A stretch of 64,000 nt of DNA, from the NCBI GenBank assembly GCA_044892525.1, contig CM097886.1, forward strand, positions 104,904,001-104,968,000. The letters are read 5' to 3'. Positions 39,574 to 50,854 of this stretch are shown here, in pieces. Both the position numbers and the translations under genes were made by a program. Every line of letters begins with the position of its first letter. The first letter of the stretch is position 1. Origin of the DNA: Schmidtea polychroa (Eukaryota). The notes beneath the pieces are model-generated. The model was given only the letters and a program-made list of their open reading frames with translations, was not told the origin of the DNA and did no database searches.

Positions 39574-40406
39574 AACAAACTTTTCCATATTTCAGCTTCT
39601 TCTCTATCCAAATAAATATAATTATATTTTTCTCTCCAATGATTATCAACAAACATATCAAACATATTCTTATCAGGTTCAACATTTGAAAATAAATCAT
39701 TATAAATCATATTCTTATCACGCTTATCTAATTTAAAAAATATAAAACAATTAGAATTATTTCTTATAGAGTTTTTATCTAAAGCATAATAAGTTTGAGA
39801 TATATAAATAACATTACAATTATTATGTCGGCCTCGTGTAAAGTAACTCTTTTGAATTTCTTGATTTTTCATGTTGACAACATCATCAAATATAACTAGA
39901 TTCTTTTTATTTTTAGGAAATAAATCACAATGTAAAACATCTTCGGGTTTATTAGAGAATAAAACTTGAATCGCCCCTGCTTGCCCCTGCCCCTCACAAA
40001 TATAATCATTTTTATTATTAATATCTGATTCTAAAATCTTTTCCTTATACCAATCAACCATATCACAAGTTTGAAAAACTTCTTCAGGACACCTATGTTG
40101 ATTTTTAAAAATATCAATTATTGCTTTTTTAGTTAATTTATTTTCAAATCCACATTTCAAAAGTTGTAATTCTGGTTGATTTATGGTTGTAGAATAAAAG
40201 ATTAAATTATTATAATCTAAAAAACCATCTTCAAGCAACATTCTCAAAAGAAGTACATTCTTTCCACATACAGAAGAACCAACAATTAATAATCTAAAAT
40301 TATCTGGAAATACTTTATTATTAAATTTAAATTTATTTCTATTTAAAATTGGTTTCCAAATATCCATTTTATTTATTTTAAAATGACAACTGAAGAATCT
40401 TTGCAA
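39570..40406 (-). CDS. A32/FtsK-type packaging ATPase
   Basis: LLIVGSSVCGKN (aberrant Walker A), LVIFDD (Walker B) and FTRGRHNNCNVIYISQ. Confidence 0.9.
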   Translation of the reverse strand: MQRFFSCHFKINKMDIWKPILNRNKFKFNNKVFPDNFRLLIVGSSVCGKNVLLLRMLLEDGFLDYNNLIFYSTTINQPELQLLKCGFENKLTKKAIIDIFKNQHRCPEEVFQTCDMVDWYKEKILESDINNKNDYICEGQGQAGAIQVLFSNKPEDVLHCDLFPKNKKNLVIFDDVVNMKNQEIQKSYFTRGRHNNCNVIYISQTYYALDKNSIRNNSNCFIFFKLDKRDKNMIYNDLFSNVEPDKNMFDMFVDNHWREKYNYIYLDREEAEIWKSLF

Positions 40407-40972
40407 GAATTAATAAATTCAAATAAAAATAAATCAGTAGTAATTGATGGTAAAAAATATTTTATTGGAAACATGTAAAAGAACAAGTTAAAAAGAAGTT
40501 AAAAGAGCAAGCTCAACATATAGGGAGTTCCTCCAAATCCGGAGGTATTCTTCCATTAGCTGTTTTAATACCTGCAATCATTGCTGGTTTATCAGGTGCT
40601 GCTGGAATAGCTGGAGGAATTGCAACTACAGTTCAAAAAGCTAAAGAATCTCAAAAGACAGACCTAGAAAAAGAAAAACTACAAACTGAAATCGATTCAA
40701 TGAAGAAGGTAGGGCAAGCTAAAGGGGGAGTGTCCGTTGGAAAGGGTCTCTATCTTAATCCATATCAGGGGAGTTCCTCTCAGGGGACTCTGTCCGAAGG
40801 TCAAAAGTCTCAGGGGAGTTCCTCTCAGGGGACTCTGTCCAAGGGAAAGGGCCTTTATCTTGATCCTTATAAAGGCCGTGGTTTAAATGATTTTTTAAAA
40901 AATCAAATTTCATCATCTGAATCTTTATCTTCAAAAGATAAAGATGATTTAAAAAAATATGTAAATCTTTAA
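40383..40972 (+). pseudogene. Membrane-lytic / protein VI-like structural protein, frameshifted near 40460
   Basis: GGILPLAVLIPAIIAGLSGAAGIAGGIA amphipathic segment is in frame with 40700-40972; repeated GKGLYL.PY motifs. The ATG at 40383 joins only if one T is added in a T-run. Confidence 0.65.
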
Positions 40973-41077
40973 AGAATGGATGCCTTTGTAAAATTGGAGG
41001 AACTCCACAGAATAATGGTAAAGGATTGTATTTAAAACCTTGGAAGGAACTATGATACCATTTTTGATACCATTAAA

Positions 41078-41938
41078 ATGGTATATGAAGAAAGATTAGC
41101 ACTTTTAAAAAAATTACAATCAGAACAAGATAAATATAATAAAAAAGATACAACACAACATGCTGAATCTATAATATTAAATGAGGTAATCCAACAACAA
41201 CAAGGACCAACAATTAAAGCTATAGAGGGACTTTAAACAACCCCTGGGAACCTGACCTCTGAACTTAAAGCTATAGAACCTTCTAAAAAGGAATTACCAA
41301 GATTAGTAGGAAAAAAACGTAGAAATACTATTGATTTAGAAGAAGATGTATTTCTTTCAAGATTAACACCCCATAAGACTCCAATTAATTTTAAAATTAA
41401 TACATCACTAGCTCCATCAATTATACCTACTATAGGTTATGATCCTAGAGGTTTTCAAACAATAACAATTAATAATCAAAAATTTTATATATATTTAAAT
41501 TCAGAAAATAATCCAGCGATTATTTCAACAAATACTTTTAGGAATAGAGAGCGTGTAGACATTGAACTTTCAGATGATTTTCATGGATTACTTTGTGGAT
41601 ATCCTTCAGATGATGTCAAGAAAGAAGAAATTGATAAATATTTAAACTTAATAAAATTAATAAATGGTAGCCCTAAAGCAAAACATATTCAAGATTTAAA
41701 GAAATATAGAGGTGGAGATAAAACAGGTCCTCAAATTCAAATCATTGAAGAACCCAAGGGAGAGGGATTCAGTGGGGATCCAAACCCTATAAATCTTTTT
41801 ATTGAATTAAGAAAACTATTAGCAGCTAAAAAAGCAGGACATAATAATTTAGATTCTGATATTTTAAAGATTTCTAAAGATTTGTTAAAACAAGGAATAA
41901 TTTCAAAAGATAAATTTAATAAATATACGAAGTTATAA
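41078..41938 (+). pseudogene. Conserved Polinton protein with in-frame TAA at 41234
   Basis: The frame stays open after the stop and ends LRKLLAAKKAGHNN...L.KQGII, a motif I recognise from Polinton proteins. Confidence 0.6.
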
Positions 41939-41974
41939 ATACGAAGTTATAAATACAAAGTTATAAAATATAAA

Positions 41975-42427
41975 ATGACTAATCCTTCAATATTAGATTT
42001 TTTAAAAACATTTGGAATAAATGTAAAAACACATTTCAATTTAAAAGATTATGCAAATTATTTAAATTTAAAAATAAAAATATTAATGAATGATGAATTG
42101 TCGAGTCTGGAAGACACCTCAAAGAAACGAAGTCCCCTGAATATAATAATCAATTATCAAAATTCAAATGAAAAAGGATCTCATTGGGTTTGTATATATA
42201 ATAAATCTATATACTTTGATTCTTTTGGGATTAAACCTACTAAAGAAATTGAAGACTATCTCTCAAAGGGAGATTATGCTTTTAATTCTTTACAAGTTCA
42301 ACCTAATAATACTAAAATATGTGGTACTTTAAGCTTATATGTTTTGTATAGATTAAATAAATCCAAAGGAGAAGGTTTCACTTCCTTAATCCAAGTAATT
42401 TATAATGATTTAAAATCTCTACTATAA
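41975..42427 (+). CDS. Adenain-like cysteine protease
   Basis: GSHWVC, YFDSFG, Q.Q.....CG catalytic His/Asp/Gln/Cys pattern. Confidence 0.92.
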   Translation: MTNPSILDFLKTFGINVKTHFNLKDYANYLNLKIKILMNDELSSLEDTSKKRSPLNIIINYQNSNEKGSHWVCIYNKSIYFDSFGIKPTKEIEDYLSKGDYAFNSLQVQPNNTKICGTLSLYVLYRLNKSKGEGFTSLIQVIYNDLKSLL

Positions 42428-42429
42428 AA

Positions 42430-43170
42430 ATGGAAGACAATTTAAAAAAAATGGCAAACATAATGTCAGATAAATATTCAAGAAGTTTATTAATAAATTC
42501 AAAAGAATCAGACTTTACTATAAATTTTGAAGATTCAATAAATTTAGATCAAGATTTAAATTATGAATTAGGACTCTTGTGGTTTAGCTGTTTTAATACT
42601 ATTTTTAATATAAATAATAATAATAATAAATTTATTATAGTTAAGAGTGATATTAAACCTAGTATTATAACAATCGAACCAGGATCATATGAAATACCAG
42701 ATTTAGCTAAAACAATTCTAAAAGAAACAAATGGAGAAGTAGAAATAAAAGCAGATGTAAAAACTTCAAAATGTATTACAACTTTAAAAAATGTTGGACT
42801 TACTGTTACTAAATCTAGTTTCTTTCATACTATTATAGGTTTTGAAGCCAGAGCTTATGGCACCAACCATTCACCTATTAAATCTAAAAATATTATACAA
42901 TTAACAAATACAAATTGTATAAATATAGAGTGTGATTGTATAATGGGATCATATAATAATGGTAAACATGCAAATATTTTATATTCCTTTCCTTCTAATA
43001 CCGTGGGAGTTGGATTTAAAATAGTTGAAAGAATGAATCCCCCAAATTATTTACCATTATGTAGAAAAAATATAATGGATATTAGTTTTAGAATTGTTGA
43101 TGAAAATGGGAAATTAATTAGTTTTAATGGAGAAAAGATTTCAATGTGTTTACATTTGAAACAAGTCTAG
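42430..43170 (+). CDS. Minor capsid / penton protein (PX)
   Basis: YELGL, NTIFNI, PGSYEI, INIECDCI.GSY.NG....ILYSF and RIVDENGKLI.FNGE motifs. Confidence 0.8.
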   Translation: MEDNLKKMANIMSDKYSRSLLINSKESDFTINFEDSINLDQDLNYELGLLWFSCFNTIFNINNNNNKFIIVKSDIKPSIITIEPGSYEIPDLAKTILKETNGEVEIKADVKTSKCITTLKNVGLTVTKSSFFHTIIGFEARAYGTNHSPIKSKNIIQLTNTNCINIECDCIMGSYNNGKHANILYSFPSNTVGVGFKIVERMNPPNYLPLCRKNIMDISFRIVDENGKLISFNGEKISMCLHLKQV

Positions 43171-43202
43171 AGGAACTTCTAAGGATTTTTATTACTATAA
43201 AA

Positions 43203-44240
43203 ATGAATTATGCTAATTATAATAAGTTTGGATTATATAATGGTGGATTAAAAGATGAAGATGTTTTATCTCTTACAGAAAAGAGATATATTAATGAAAG
43301 AGGTGATTCAATGAAAGGAGATTTAAATTTAAATGGACACAAGATAAAAGAATTATCTTTACCAACTGATGAAGGCGATGCAGTTAATAAGAAATATGTA
43401 GATGATATTAATACCCCAGCATTAAAAAGGATAACGGCAAACGAACGTTTTTTAAATAGTATATATTCCGCGGTTGGCAAATTCTACGAGAAAATGACTG
43501 AAGGTTTTGAGTTTTTTAAACTCAAATTTCAAACCCAGTTAAATGAAGAAGCTAAAAAGATAGCTGAACATAACAAAAAGATAACTGAAGAAACTCAAAG
43601 GTTAACTGATACAAGGCTTAAAGATAAACAAATTATAGATAATAAAATTAATACAATATATAATATAATAAATGAGATGATTACATCATTTAATAAAAGA
43701 ATTTCAAATTTAGAGTCTCATGGAACACATATTAACACCACACATAGTATTAGAAAAAGAGCTGCTGAATTAGAACAGAATAAAACATTATTACCCCATA
43801 CATATAAACATTTTATAGAACCAACTTCAATAACAACAAATAGTAAAGAATGGAGTGTTTTTATGGTTGTAAAGATTATTAATCCTTATTTCTATTTATT
43901 TGATGATGATGGTGAAACAGTGAAATGGTTTGTGAAATGTGATAATAATAGTAAGTTTGAAAAGGGTGATGTTATAATGACTGGTTATGATTTACCACAC
44001 GGATATTGGCATAATAAAACTAATTCACATAAAAGCCAAGGAATACATAAAACTAAAAGTAAGAATATTATTTTTAAAAGCATACTTGTACAATATATAG
44101 ATTTAATATTTTATGAAAAAAAGGTTGATTTTGATGAAGTTCGTAAAGCATTGATGGAATTGTATAAAGATATTCTCTCAACACGAGGTTCTTATGATTT
44201 GCGAGCATTGGTGCCAGGTAATAAAGTCATGTTTTTTTAA
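43203..44240 (+). CDS. Fibre-like protein
   Basis: GDSMKGDLNLNGHKIKELSLPTDEGDAVNKKYVD (phage-fibre-type repeat), then a coiled coil and a beta-rich head. Confidence 0.55.
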   Translation: MNYANYNKFGLYNGGLKDEDVLSLTEKRYINERGDSMKGDLNLNGHKIKELSLPTDEGDAVNKKYVDDINTPALKRITANERFLNSIYSAVGKFYEKMTEGFEFFKLKFQTQLNEEAKKIAEHNKKITEETQRLTDTRLKDKQIIDNKINTIYNIINEMITSFNKRISNLESHGTHINTTHSIRKRAAELEQNKTLLPHTYKHFIEPTSITTNSKEWSVFMVVKIINPYFYLFDDDGETVKWFVKCDNNSKFEKGDVIMTGYDLPHGYWHNKTNSHKSQGIHKTKSKNIIFKSILVQYIDLIFYEKKVDFDEVRKALMELYKDILSTRGSYDLRALVPGNKVMFF

Positions 44241-44255
44241 TTAATTATTATTAAA

Positions 44256-44834
44256 ATGGAAGAAGTAAGAGAAGAAAAAATTTACCCAGAATTGAGATCA
44301 AGATATTATTCTCCCTCAGCTCCCACAGAACTTGAAATTATGAGAGTAAAAGAATTTAAATCAGAAACCTTACATTTACAAGATTTATTAAAGCATTATA
44401 AAAAAATTAAAAATAGATGGAATAAAGGGAATACAGTTTTAAAAGTTGTAGGTTATTCTTTAGGATTTGCATTTGCAATATTAACAGTTATTTTACCTAT
44501 AACTTTACCAGTTTTAACAATTGCACCTGTAATACTTGGAAGTATTTCAGTAGCTGATGGTTTCTTAACTGAAATAGTTTCACTATCTTATACTTCTAAA
44601 AAGAAAAGTTTATATCGTGAAGTTTGTTTATTAATAGAATTAGGAATCTCTAAATTATTTTTATTTCAATTAAAAGCTTTGGAAGATGGAATCTTAACTG
44701 ATGATGAAATAATGAAATCAAATCAAATAATACAAGATATTAAAAATAATATTAATAGATTAAAAAGTGCTAATGTTATAACTAATGAATATTCTAAAAA
44801 AATTAAACGAGAGAAATGGTTGAAGAATTCTTAA
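44256..44834 (+). CDS. Small membrane protein with central hydrophobic hairpin
   Basis: VVGYSLGFAFAILTVILPITLPVLTIAPVILG segment; 192 aa. Confidence 0.6.
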   Translation: MEEVREEKIYPELRSRYYSPSAPTELEIMRVKEFKSETLHLQDLLKHYKKIKNRWNKGNTVLKVVGYSLGFAFAILTVILPITLPVLTIAPVILGSISVADGFLTEIVSLSYTSKKKSLYREVCLLIELGISKLFLFQLKALEDGILTDDEIMKSNQIIQDIKNNINRLKSANVITNEYSKKIKREKWLKNS

Positions 44835-44981
44835 TTTTATAAATATAAAAATGGATGCATTTTTAAAAAAAAGTAGATCAAGTTGCTATAGTTGATACTT
44901 CTAAATTAAATTTGTAAAATGTTGGGTACTTCAGAATGACTTTCAGATTCTACTATGAGAAGAATAAGAAATGATTGAGGA

Positions 44982-45329
44982 ATGGGTTCTCCTTTTAGAC
45001 ATGCTGTTAAAAGTAAAAAGAAAGGGGTTGTTAATAAAAAGAATAAGGGTGAAACCAAACCTCCACCCGGTGAAACATTAGCAGGAAAATCTTTTTATTG
45101 TACAGATTGTTCAAAAGTTTTTAAATCTAGTAAATCTTCTCAGAATCATGTTTGTAAATCAAAAGATACTCTGGCCTCTGGGAACCTGACTTCTGGGGCT
45201 TCGCGACCTTCCGGGAATATATATATAGCATCTTTAATAATAAAAATCTTAAATCTGGAGGTCATTCTTAAAGGCATTCGGAAGATCATTCTGAGGAGGA
45301 AGAAGTTGAAACAAGTAAAAAACAATTAA
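44982..45329 (+). CDS. Basic C2H2-like Zn-finger protein (possibly frameshifted)
   Basis: FYCTDCSKVFKSSKSSQNHVC. Confidence 0.45.
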   Translation: MGSPFRHAVKSKKKGVVNKKNKGETKPPPGETLAGKSFYCTDCSKVFKSSKSSQNHVCKSKDTLASGNLTSGASRPSGNIYIASLIIKILNLEVILKGIRKIILRRKKLKQVKNN

Positions 45330-45383
45330 ATGATATTTAGAAGGGGTCGCTGAAAAGGAAAACTTAAAATTTTCGAGTATAAA

Positions 45384-45764
45384 ATGGATTGCGATTCAGT
45401 TGTTGCGATAATTAGTGAAGAACCTGAAATGCAAGAAGAATGTGTAAAGCTTTTAACAGAATTTAATAAACAAAGTATGGGAACTCAAGTTGATTATGGT
45501 AGACAAGCAATTGTTTATCGTGTTGGACAAGACGAAATATTAAAGAGATTGATGAATAGGACTGTTGATCTTCGTCTGGAAAATAAAGGATTAAAGGAAG
45601 AGAATGAATATCTATTTCGAAATGCTACTTTAGTTAATAAAAGTTTTATAGAATCTATGCATGGAAAACACATATTATTAAGTAATTCTAATGCTGTTCG
45701 GGATGAAGAAATGAGGATGGAAATCGAGGAGTTAATACGAAGACCAATACCAAAGATATTATAA
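45384..45764 (+). CDS. Hypothetical coiled-coil protein, 126 aa
   Basis: ATG-initiated ORF with heptad pattern. Confidence 0.45.
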   Translation: MDCDSVVAIISEEPEMQEECVKLLTEFNKQSMGTQVDYGRQAIVYRVGQDEILKRLMNRTVDLRLENKGLKEENEYLFRNATLVNKSFIESMHGKHILLSNSNAVRDEEMRMEIEELIRRPIPKIL

Positions 45765-45941
45765 TTAATATAAAAACCCCAATAATAAAAATTATTATAT
45801 TTCTTAGTCTACAAAGTTTTAAATAACATTCGTCAACAGCATCATATAATTTTTTAGTTTTGTTTATGAGTTCTTTATTTTTTGAATATCTTAAATTAAT
45901 TGTCGACATTTTATACATTTAAAAATCAAATATCATTAGTT

Positions 45942-48900
45942 TCAGTCATGGTTGAACTGGACCTTCTCTAACACCTGAAGGCTTTTCCTATGGGATTCGA
46001 AAGCATTATCACTTAGACCTTGAATATATTCAGGATCAGTATTAAAATAATCAAGTTCTATAGGTATTGATTTTTGAACTTTATTATATAGAGGTTTTTG
46101 GGGAATGTTTAATTTAAAATATTCATCCTTTGGGTAAACTCTTCCGGGGTAAATGATTTCAACTTTACTAAGTTGAACATCTGTTATGTTTGTACCATAG
46201 AGATCATTCAATCTTGCAAGTTTTTTTATTATTGGGATTAAATCATTTCCAATTGGAAGAGTTGTTTTTAAATCACTTAGAATAAATCTTTTATCATCAT
46301 AATTTGATAGTGATATCTTGGCTGATTCTTGCTGATACATATCATGCTTCACGGATTTAAGTTGATGTACCTCTTCTATTTTATCTAGAGAATCTTTATT
46401 TAGAGCGTCTTTATAATCTTGATGAGTGATTTTCTTGGATACTGATTTTTGTATCCCTTTGCATTTGTTGTCTTTAAGGGTTTTTATATCAGAGGTCCTT
46501 AATGGTCCTTCAAATGTATAATCTATTTCATCTCTAACCATATATATTTTTGTTTCTGTCAGACTCTCGATCATTTCAAGTGAATATTGTTTCGCTCTAA
46601 TAAATATAGCACCAGTTATTGGAGTATTTGGTTTTTCATCTTTGAATGTGAATAATTCACCGGATGAATTTATTAGTTTTGAAAGCATGGGGTTTTCAGA
46701 TATTTCTTTTTTTACATCTATACCATATATTTTTAAAAACATACTATCTGTATCCATTGCATGTAAGGATATTCGATCACCAAAGTATGGTACTAGAACA
46801 TCATAATAGGTTTCATACATTTGCAATTTTGATAATTCTAAAATAGCGAAGCCTATAAAGATTGGTTTATTATAAGTTTTTTGGTTATTTTGAATTTCAA
46901 TTGCTACAAGGTTCTTTGAGAATACTTCGGCATTTTTAAACGTTGGTTTTCCAAGCATTCTATTATATCTTGCAAAGTCTTTGGGGGTATTTGATAGAAG
47001 ACCTATTCGAGCATACTTGTCAATATTTTCCATAGTCTTACCAAAGACTGCGTTGTTTAAAAGTTTATAAATCATATCAAGAAAAGCATTACCTTGTCTT
47101 TTTGCTTCATTTCTCTTCTTAATATTTCCTTCTATAAAATTTTTCATAAATGGTGCTTGTCGGAATTTTATAATACTGTGAACTTTTTTAAATATCATTC
47201 CATGAGAGATGAAAAATTGTAGAAGCCTATAATGACAAAGATAAAACTTTACACCTTTTTGGTTGCAAAGAAGTTTCCTTGCAGGGGGTCTATTTTGACC
47301 GATTTGCCAATCTGAAAGTTCACTGATATCAATCTTTCTTCTTACAGGAGCAAATGGGAAATTCCTAGTTGAAGATTTTATTTCATCTGGGTACTCAAGA
47401 TCACACTCTATAAAATATCCAAAATCTGCATCTTTTTCAGTTGATAATATTTCATTTAAAAGATCTTCTAGTTTATCTTTTTCTTTAGGAATATCAACCC
47501 AGGAGAACTCACCAATTGGTAAATATTCAGTCATTACACCCCCATATAGAGCCGTTGCATCAAGATAAAATATTTCACATGGATTTGTTAAACATTCTTT
47601 TATAAATTTAGAGTCTCCTGGGTTTTCTATTACTATATAGTCTTCATCTATATCTTTAAAGAATTTTCTATAAACAGCTAATGGATTGTTTGCTGTTATC
47701 TCTCTATCTCCCATTACAGAGGAAATACCTCCTCTAATATTATGTTTAATTACATTAAACATATTAAGATCAGTTAATAGTTCTATAATTTTATTTCTTG
47801 TTTCTACATCTTCTTCCGTCCATATATTATATAACATTATATCCCAAGCTAAAGCGGGTGCTGTTATATAATTATAGGGTTTTAATTCAAAGGCTTTACA
47901 GAAACCTTCGAAGCAGTCTGCTAAAATATAAACATCAAGGGATAAATACATGTCGGTATATTCTCCAAGGTTTTGACAGTTGAATAATTGATACATTTTA
48001 TTTGCTCGAGAATATTCTTGATCTGTAATATTTGATTGTCGAAGCACTGAAGAGAAGTGGTCTTTAGGTGGTATTGCTTCATTATATTTATCAAATGAAT
48101 CAATATAATCATATGGATATATTCCTTTTGCTAAACATGTTGGATATTCTTCCAAGGGAATGTTATTTTTTATCAAAACATGCTCTGTTGTATATTTAAA
48201 ATCTTCTGGTTTCATTGTTTTAGCTATTCCATCTAAGGACATTCCTAGAAAATTTAGAGAATCTATAAATTTTAAACAACCATATTGTACACATTTATAT
48301 TTTTCTTTTGTAAGTCCTATAACCTTGAAAGAATTTTTAGCATTTGCTGCTAGATGTTTTATAAATAAATGTATATCATATCCAAAAAGATTATGAAATA
48401 TAACTGGTATAAATTTAGGTTTTTTACAATTTATGTTACAGTTTGTATGAGCTGCTCCTCTATAATTATTTAATTTTTTAAAATGATCATGATCTGGTAC
48501 TTTTATATTTTGAGTTTCATTATTCGGAGTTTGCCTTTCATGAAACATTCTTTGTTCTTCTTCTTCCAAAGACTCAGTATTCAAGGGGACTGTGTCCATA
48601 GACTCCATATTCAAGGGGACTGCGTCCATAGACTCCATATTCAAGGGGACTGCGTCCATAGACTCCGTATTCTCAAAGAGTTGATCCTCAAAGAATTGAT
48701 CCTCAAAGAGTTGATCCTCAAAGAGTTGATTCTCAAAGAGTTGATTCTCAAAGAGTTGATTCTCAAAGAGTTGATTCTCAAAGAGTTGATTATCAAAGAG
48801 TTGATTCTCAAAGAGTTGATTCTCAAAGAGTTGATTCTCAAATGGTTGTTTACACATCCAACATTTTGAAGCATTTTTATATTCTTCCCATTGTTCAATT

Positions 48901-50735
48901 GAAAAATTTATTTTATAATCTGTTTTTAATATTTTAAATAATTCATGTTCTAAATCATTTACATTTTTACTAAAATGATTTAGAACATCTTCTGGAGAGG
49001 TTCCTCTATATGAATATTCTTTAGATTCTATAAGTTCAGGGTAATTACTTTTAAATAATAATTTATAAGCAGATGGTACTTGTTTGGTTAATTTTATTGT
49101 ATAAGATTTTTTATTTAACTTTAGAAAGTTTTTCATACTCTCCCATGGCAGTCTTGGTGACTTTGGGGAATAATCATACCAAGAATCTGATAAATTATTA
49201 TTTTCTATTATTTTTAAATATTCTTTTTCTAAATCAAGCTTTATATTTATTGCTTCAAAGTCTCCATATATTACACCTATTGATTCTAATAAATTTGAAA
49301 AATTTTTAAAGTTTATGTCTGATTTTGTGGGCATTTTAATTAATGCTGGTTGGTTCTTCTCACATAATCTTTCATGCATAATCATTGCGTTTTTAGATGT
49401 TGAATAGTGAAGACATCTTTTACAAGTTGTTCCGCCTCTAATTAGAGTTCTTGTGCGCATAAAACTTTGAAAGTTTTTTATTAGAATATAGTGTTGTTTC
49501 CCTTCTGGGGTTTCTTCTTCATCTTGCTCTATAACTTGTTCATCTTCATTAAAAACATATTCCCCACATTCTTGATCTTGTCCTGTGCCCTCTTCTAATA
49601 TTAAAAGATATATTTCTCTATTTTTGTCTTGTTCTAATAATTCTTTATTTGAAATATAAATTGGTATAATACGTTTCTTAAAATCTTCTTTATCTAGAGC
49701 ATATTCATAAATATTAAGTTTAATATTATTTAAATTTTCAAATGTTGGAATGTCTTCAATTTTCATTGGATGTTTAAATCCTTCAGGATATATTAATTCA
49801 TTTTCATTTTGTTTATAATTAGAAACCCTTTGGGGATTCCTTGCTTGAGGATGCAAGTGTGCAAGTATTGACCATTGAAAACATTTGTTATCACTATTCT
49901 GTACATTTATAACATAGATGGAGGGGAATGGTGTGCGAATAAAAGATTTAGGATTTGGGGGTGCTGCTCTCCAATATTCAATTTCTATAGATTGAAAAGA
50001 ATAGAATCTTAAATTTGATTCTCCCAATTCTTGTTCTACAACCTCTTGTTGCTCTTCCATCTCTTCAGTCAAATCCTTGATGATTTTATTTATTCCCTTT
50101 GTTGAGAATAAATATTTAAAAGATGTTTCGATGTTAGAATCTAGAGGGGTTGTGCCTGCTTCTTCTCCTCTCCAATATTTTACCAAGATTCTAACTTTAT
50201 ATTTTATAACGTTGAATCTTGATCGACTAAATTTTTTTCGAGCATTGTCCATTGAATTTTTTATGTTTTGTTTATTTTTTCTTATATAATCTAAGAGTGA
50301 AGAGGAAAACATTTGTTCTCCAAATATATCTGTATGGTTGGAGTTGTCCCAATTATATTTTTCTTTTTCAATGTGTTCAGGTTCTTCCTCAAAATCTTCT
50401 TCAGACTCAGAATCTCTTTTAGGTATTGGTTGTTTGTTCTCTATAGCACATTTTTTTACATGTTTTAAAAAATAAGATTTTATATTAAATTTTGATTTAC
50501 ATATAGGACATTCAAATTTTTCTCTATTTTTAGGAACTCCAATACAACTTTCAAAATGTTTATCATATCCTGAAAGTAAATATCTAACTTTACATTTAGT
50601 ACAAATTTTTGAATTTGAATTATCAAGTCTATTTATTTTTAATAAATGGTCTTTTGATTTTTGGTGTGATAGTAGTGCGGTTTTATTTTTAAAATTTTTT
50701 TTGCAAATAGTACAATTATAAATATTAGAATTCAT
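45942..50735 (-). CDS. polB: Protein-primed B-family DNA polymerase (pPolB) with N-terminal Zn fingers/terminal-protein region
   Basis: YGDFE (ExoI), FHNLFGYD (ExoII), LDVYILAD (ExoIII), LDATALYG, KLLNNAVFGKTMEN and MDTDS. Confidence 0.96.
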   Translation of the reverse strand: MNSNIYNCTICKKNFKNKTALLSHQKSKDHLLKINRLDNSNSKICTKCKVRYLLSGYDKHFESCIGVPKNREKFECPICKSKFNIKSYFLKHVKKCAIENKQPIPKRDSESEEDFEEEPEHIEKEKYNWDNSNHTDIFGEQMFSSSLLDYIRKNKQNIKNSMDNARKKFSRSRFNVIKYKVRILVKYWRGEEAGTTPLDSNIETSFKYLFSTKGINKIIKDLTEEMEEQQEVVEQELGESNLRFYSFQSIEIEYWRAAPPNPKSFIRTPFPSIYVINVQNSDNKCFQWSILAHLHPQARNPQRVSNYKQNENELIYPEGFKHPMKIEDIPTFENLNNIKLNIYEYALDKEDFKKRIIPIYISNKELLEQDKNREIYLLILEEGTGQDQECGEYVFNEDEQVIEQDEEETPEGKQHYILIKNFQSFMRTRTLIRGGTTCKRCLHYSTSKNAMIMHERLCEKNQPALIKMPTKSDINFKNFSNLLESIGVIYGDFEAINIKLDLEKEYLKIIENNNLSDSWYDYSPKSPRLPWESMKNFLKLNKKSYTIKLTKQVPSAYKLLFKSNYPELIESKEYSYRGTSPEDVLNHFSKNVNDLEHELFKILKTDYKINFSIEQWEEYKNASKCWMCKQPFENQLFENQLFENQLFDNQLFENQLFENQLFENQLFENQLFEDQLFEDQFFEDQLFENTESMDAVPLNMESMDAVPLNMESMDTVPLNTESLEEEEQRMFHERQTPNNETQNIKVPDHDHFKKLNNYRGAAHTNCNINCKKPKFIPVIFHNLFGYDIHLFIKHLAANAKNSFKVIGLTKEKYKCVQYGCLKFIDSLNFLGMSLDGIAKTMKPEDFKYTTEHVLIKNNIPLEEYPTCLAKGIYPYDYIDSFDKYNEAIPPKDHFSSVLRQSNITDQEYSRANKMYQLFNCQNLGEYTDMYLSLDVYILADCFEGFCKAFELKPYNYITAPALAWDIMLYNIWTEEDVETRNKIIELLTDLNMFNVIKHNIRGGISSVMGDREITANNPLAVYRKFFKDIDEDYIVIENPGDSKFIKECLTNPCEIFYLDATALYGGVMTEYLPIGEFSWVDIPKEKDKLEDLLNEILSTEKDADFGYFIECDLEYPDEIKSSTRNFPFAPVRRKIDISELSDWQIGQNRPPARKLLCNQKGVKFYLCHYRLLQFFISHGMIFKKVHSIIKFRQAPFMKNFIEGNIKKRNEAKRQGNAFLDMIYKLLNNAVFGKTMENIDKYARIGLLSNTPKDFARYNRMLGKPTFKNAEVFSKNLVAIEIQNNQKTYNKPIFIGFAILELSKLQMYETYYDVLVPYFGDRISLHAMDTDSMFLKIYGIDVKKEISENPMLSKLINSSGELFTFKDEKPNTPITGAIFIRAKQYSLEMIESLTETKIYMVRDEIDYTFEGPLRTSDIKTLKDNKCKGIQKSVSKKITHQDYKDALNKDSLDKIEEVHQLKSVKHDMYQQESAKISLSNYDDKRFILSDLKTTLPIGNDLIPIIKKLARLNDLYGTNITDVQLSKVEIIYPGRVYPKDEYFKLNIPQKPLYNKVQKSIPIELDYFNTDPEYIQGLSDNAFESHRKSLQVLEKVQFNHD
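48577..48845 (-). repeat. In-frame coding minisatellites in pPolB: ~12 x 15 bp (LFENQ) and ~3 x 30 bp (NMESMDAVPL)
   Basis: Directly visible in DNA and translation. Lies between CWMC and DHDH of the EndoVII-like Zn module. Confidence 0.93.
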
Positions 50736-50854
50736 TTTTAAAAAAATTTTTTTTATTGGATGGGGTGTTTTTAAGATTTATAAAATATTTATAATTTTAG
50801 TTGGCACCGTGCCAAGTTAGCAGCTTGCTAGAAGGCGGCTTGCTATAAGGCATA

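Noticed and set aside
48483-48898. ILKEL and INSLR repeat ORFs
   Set aside because: Alternative frames of the 15-bp minisatellite within pPolB.
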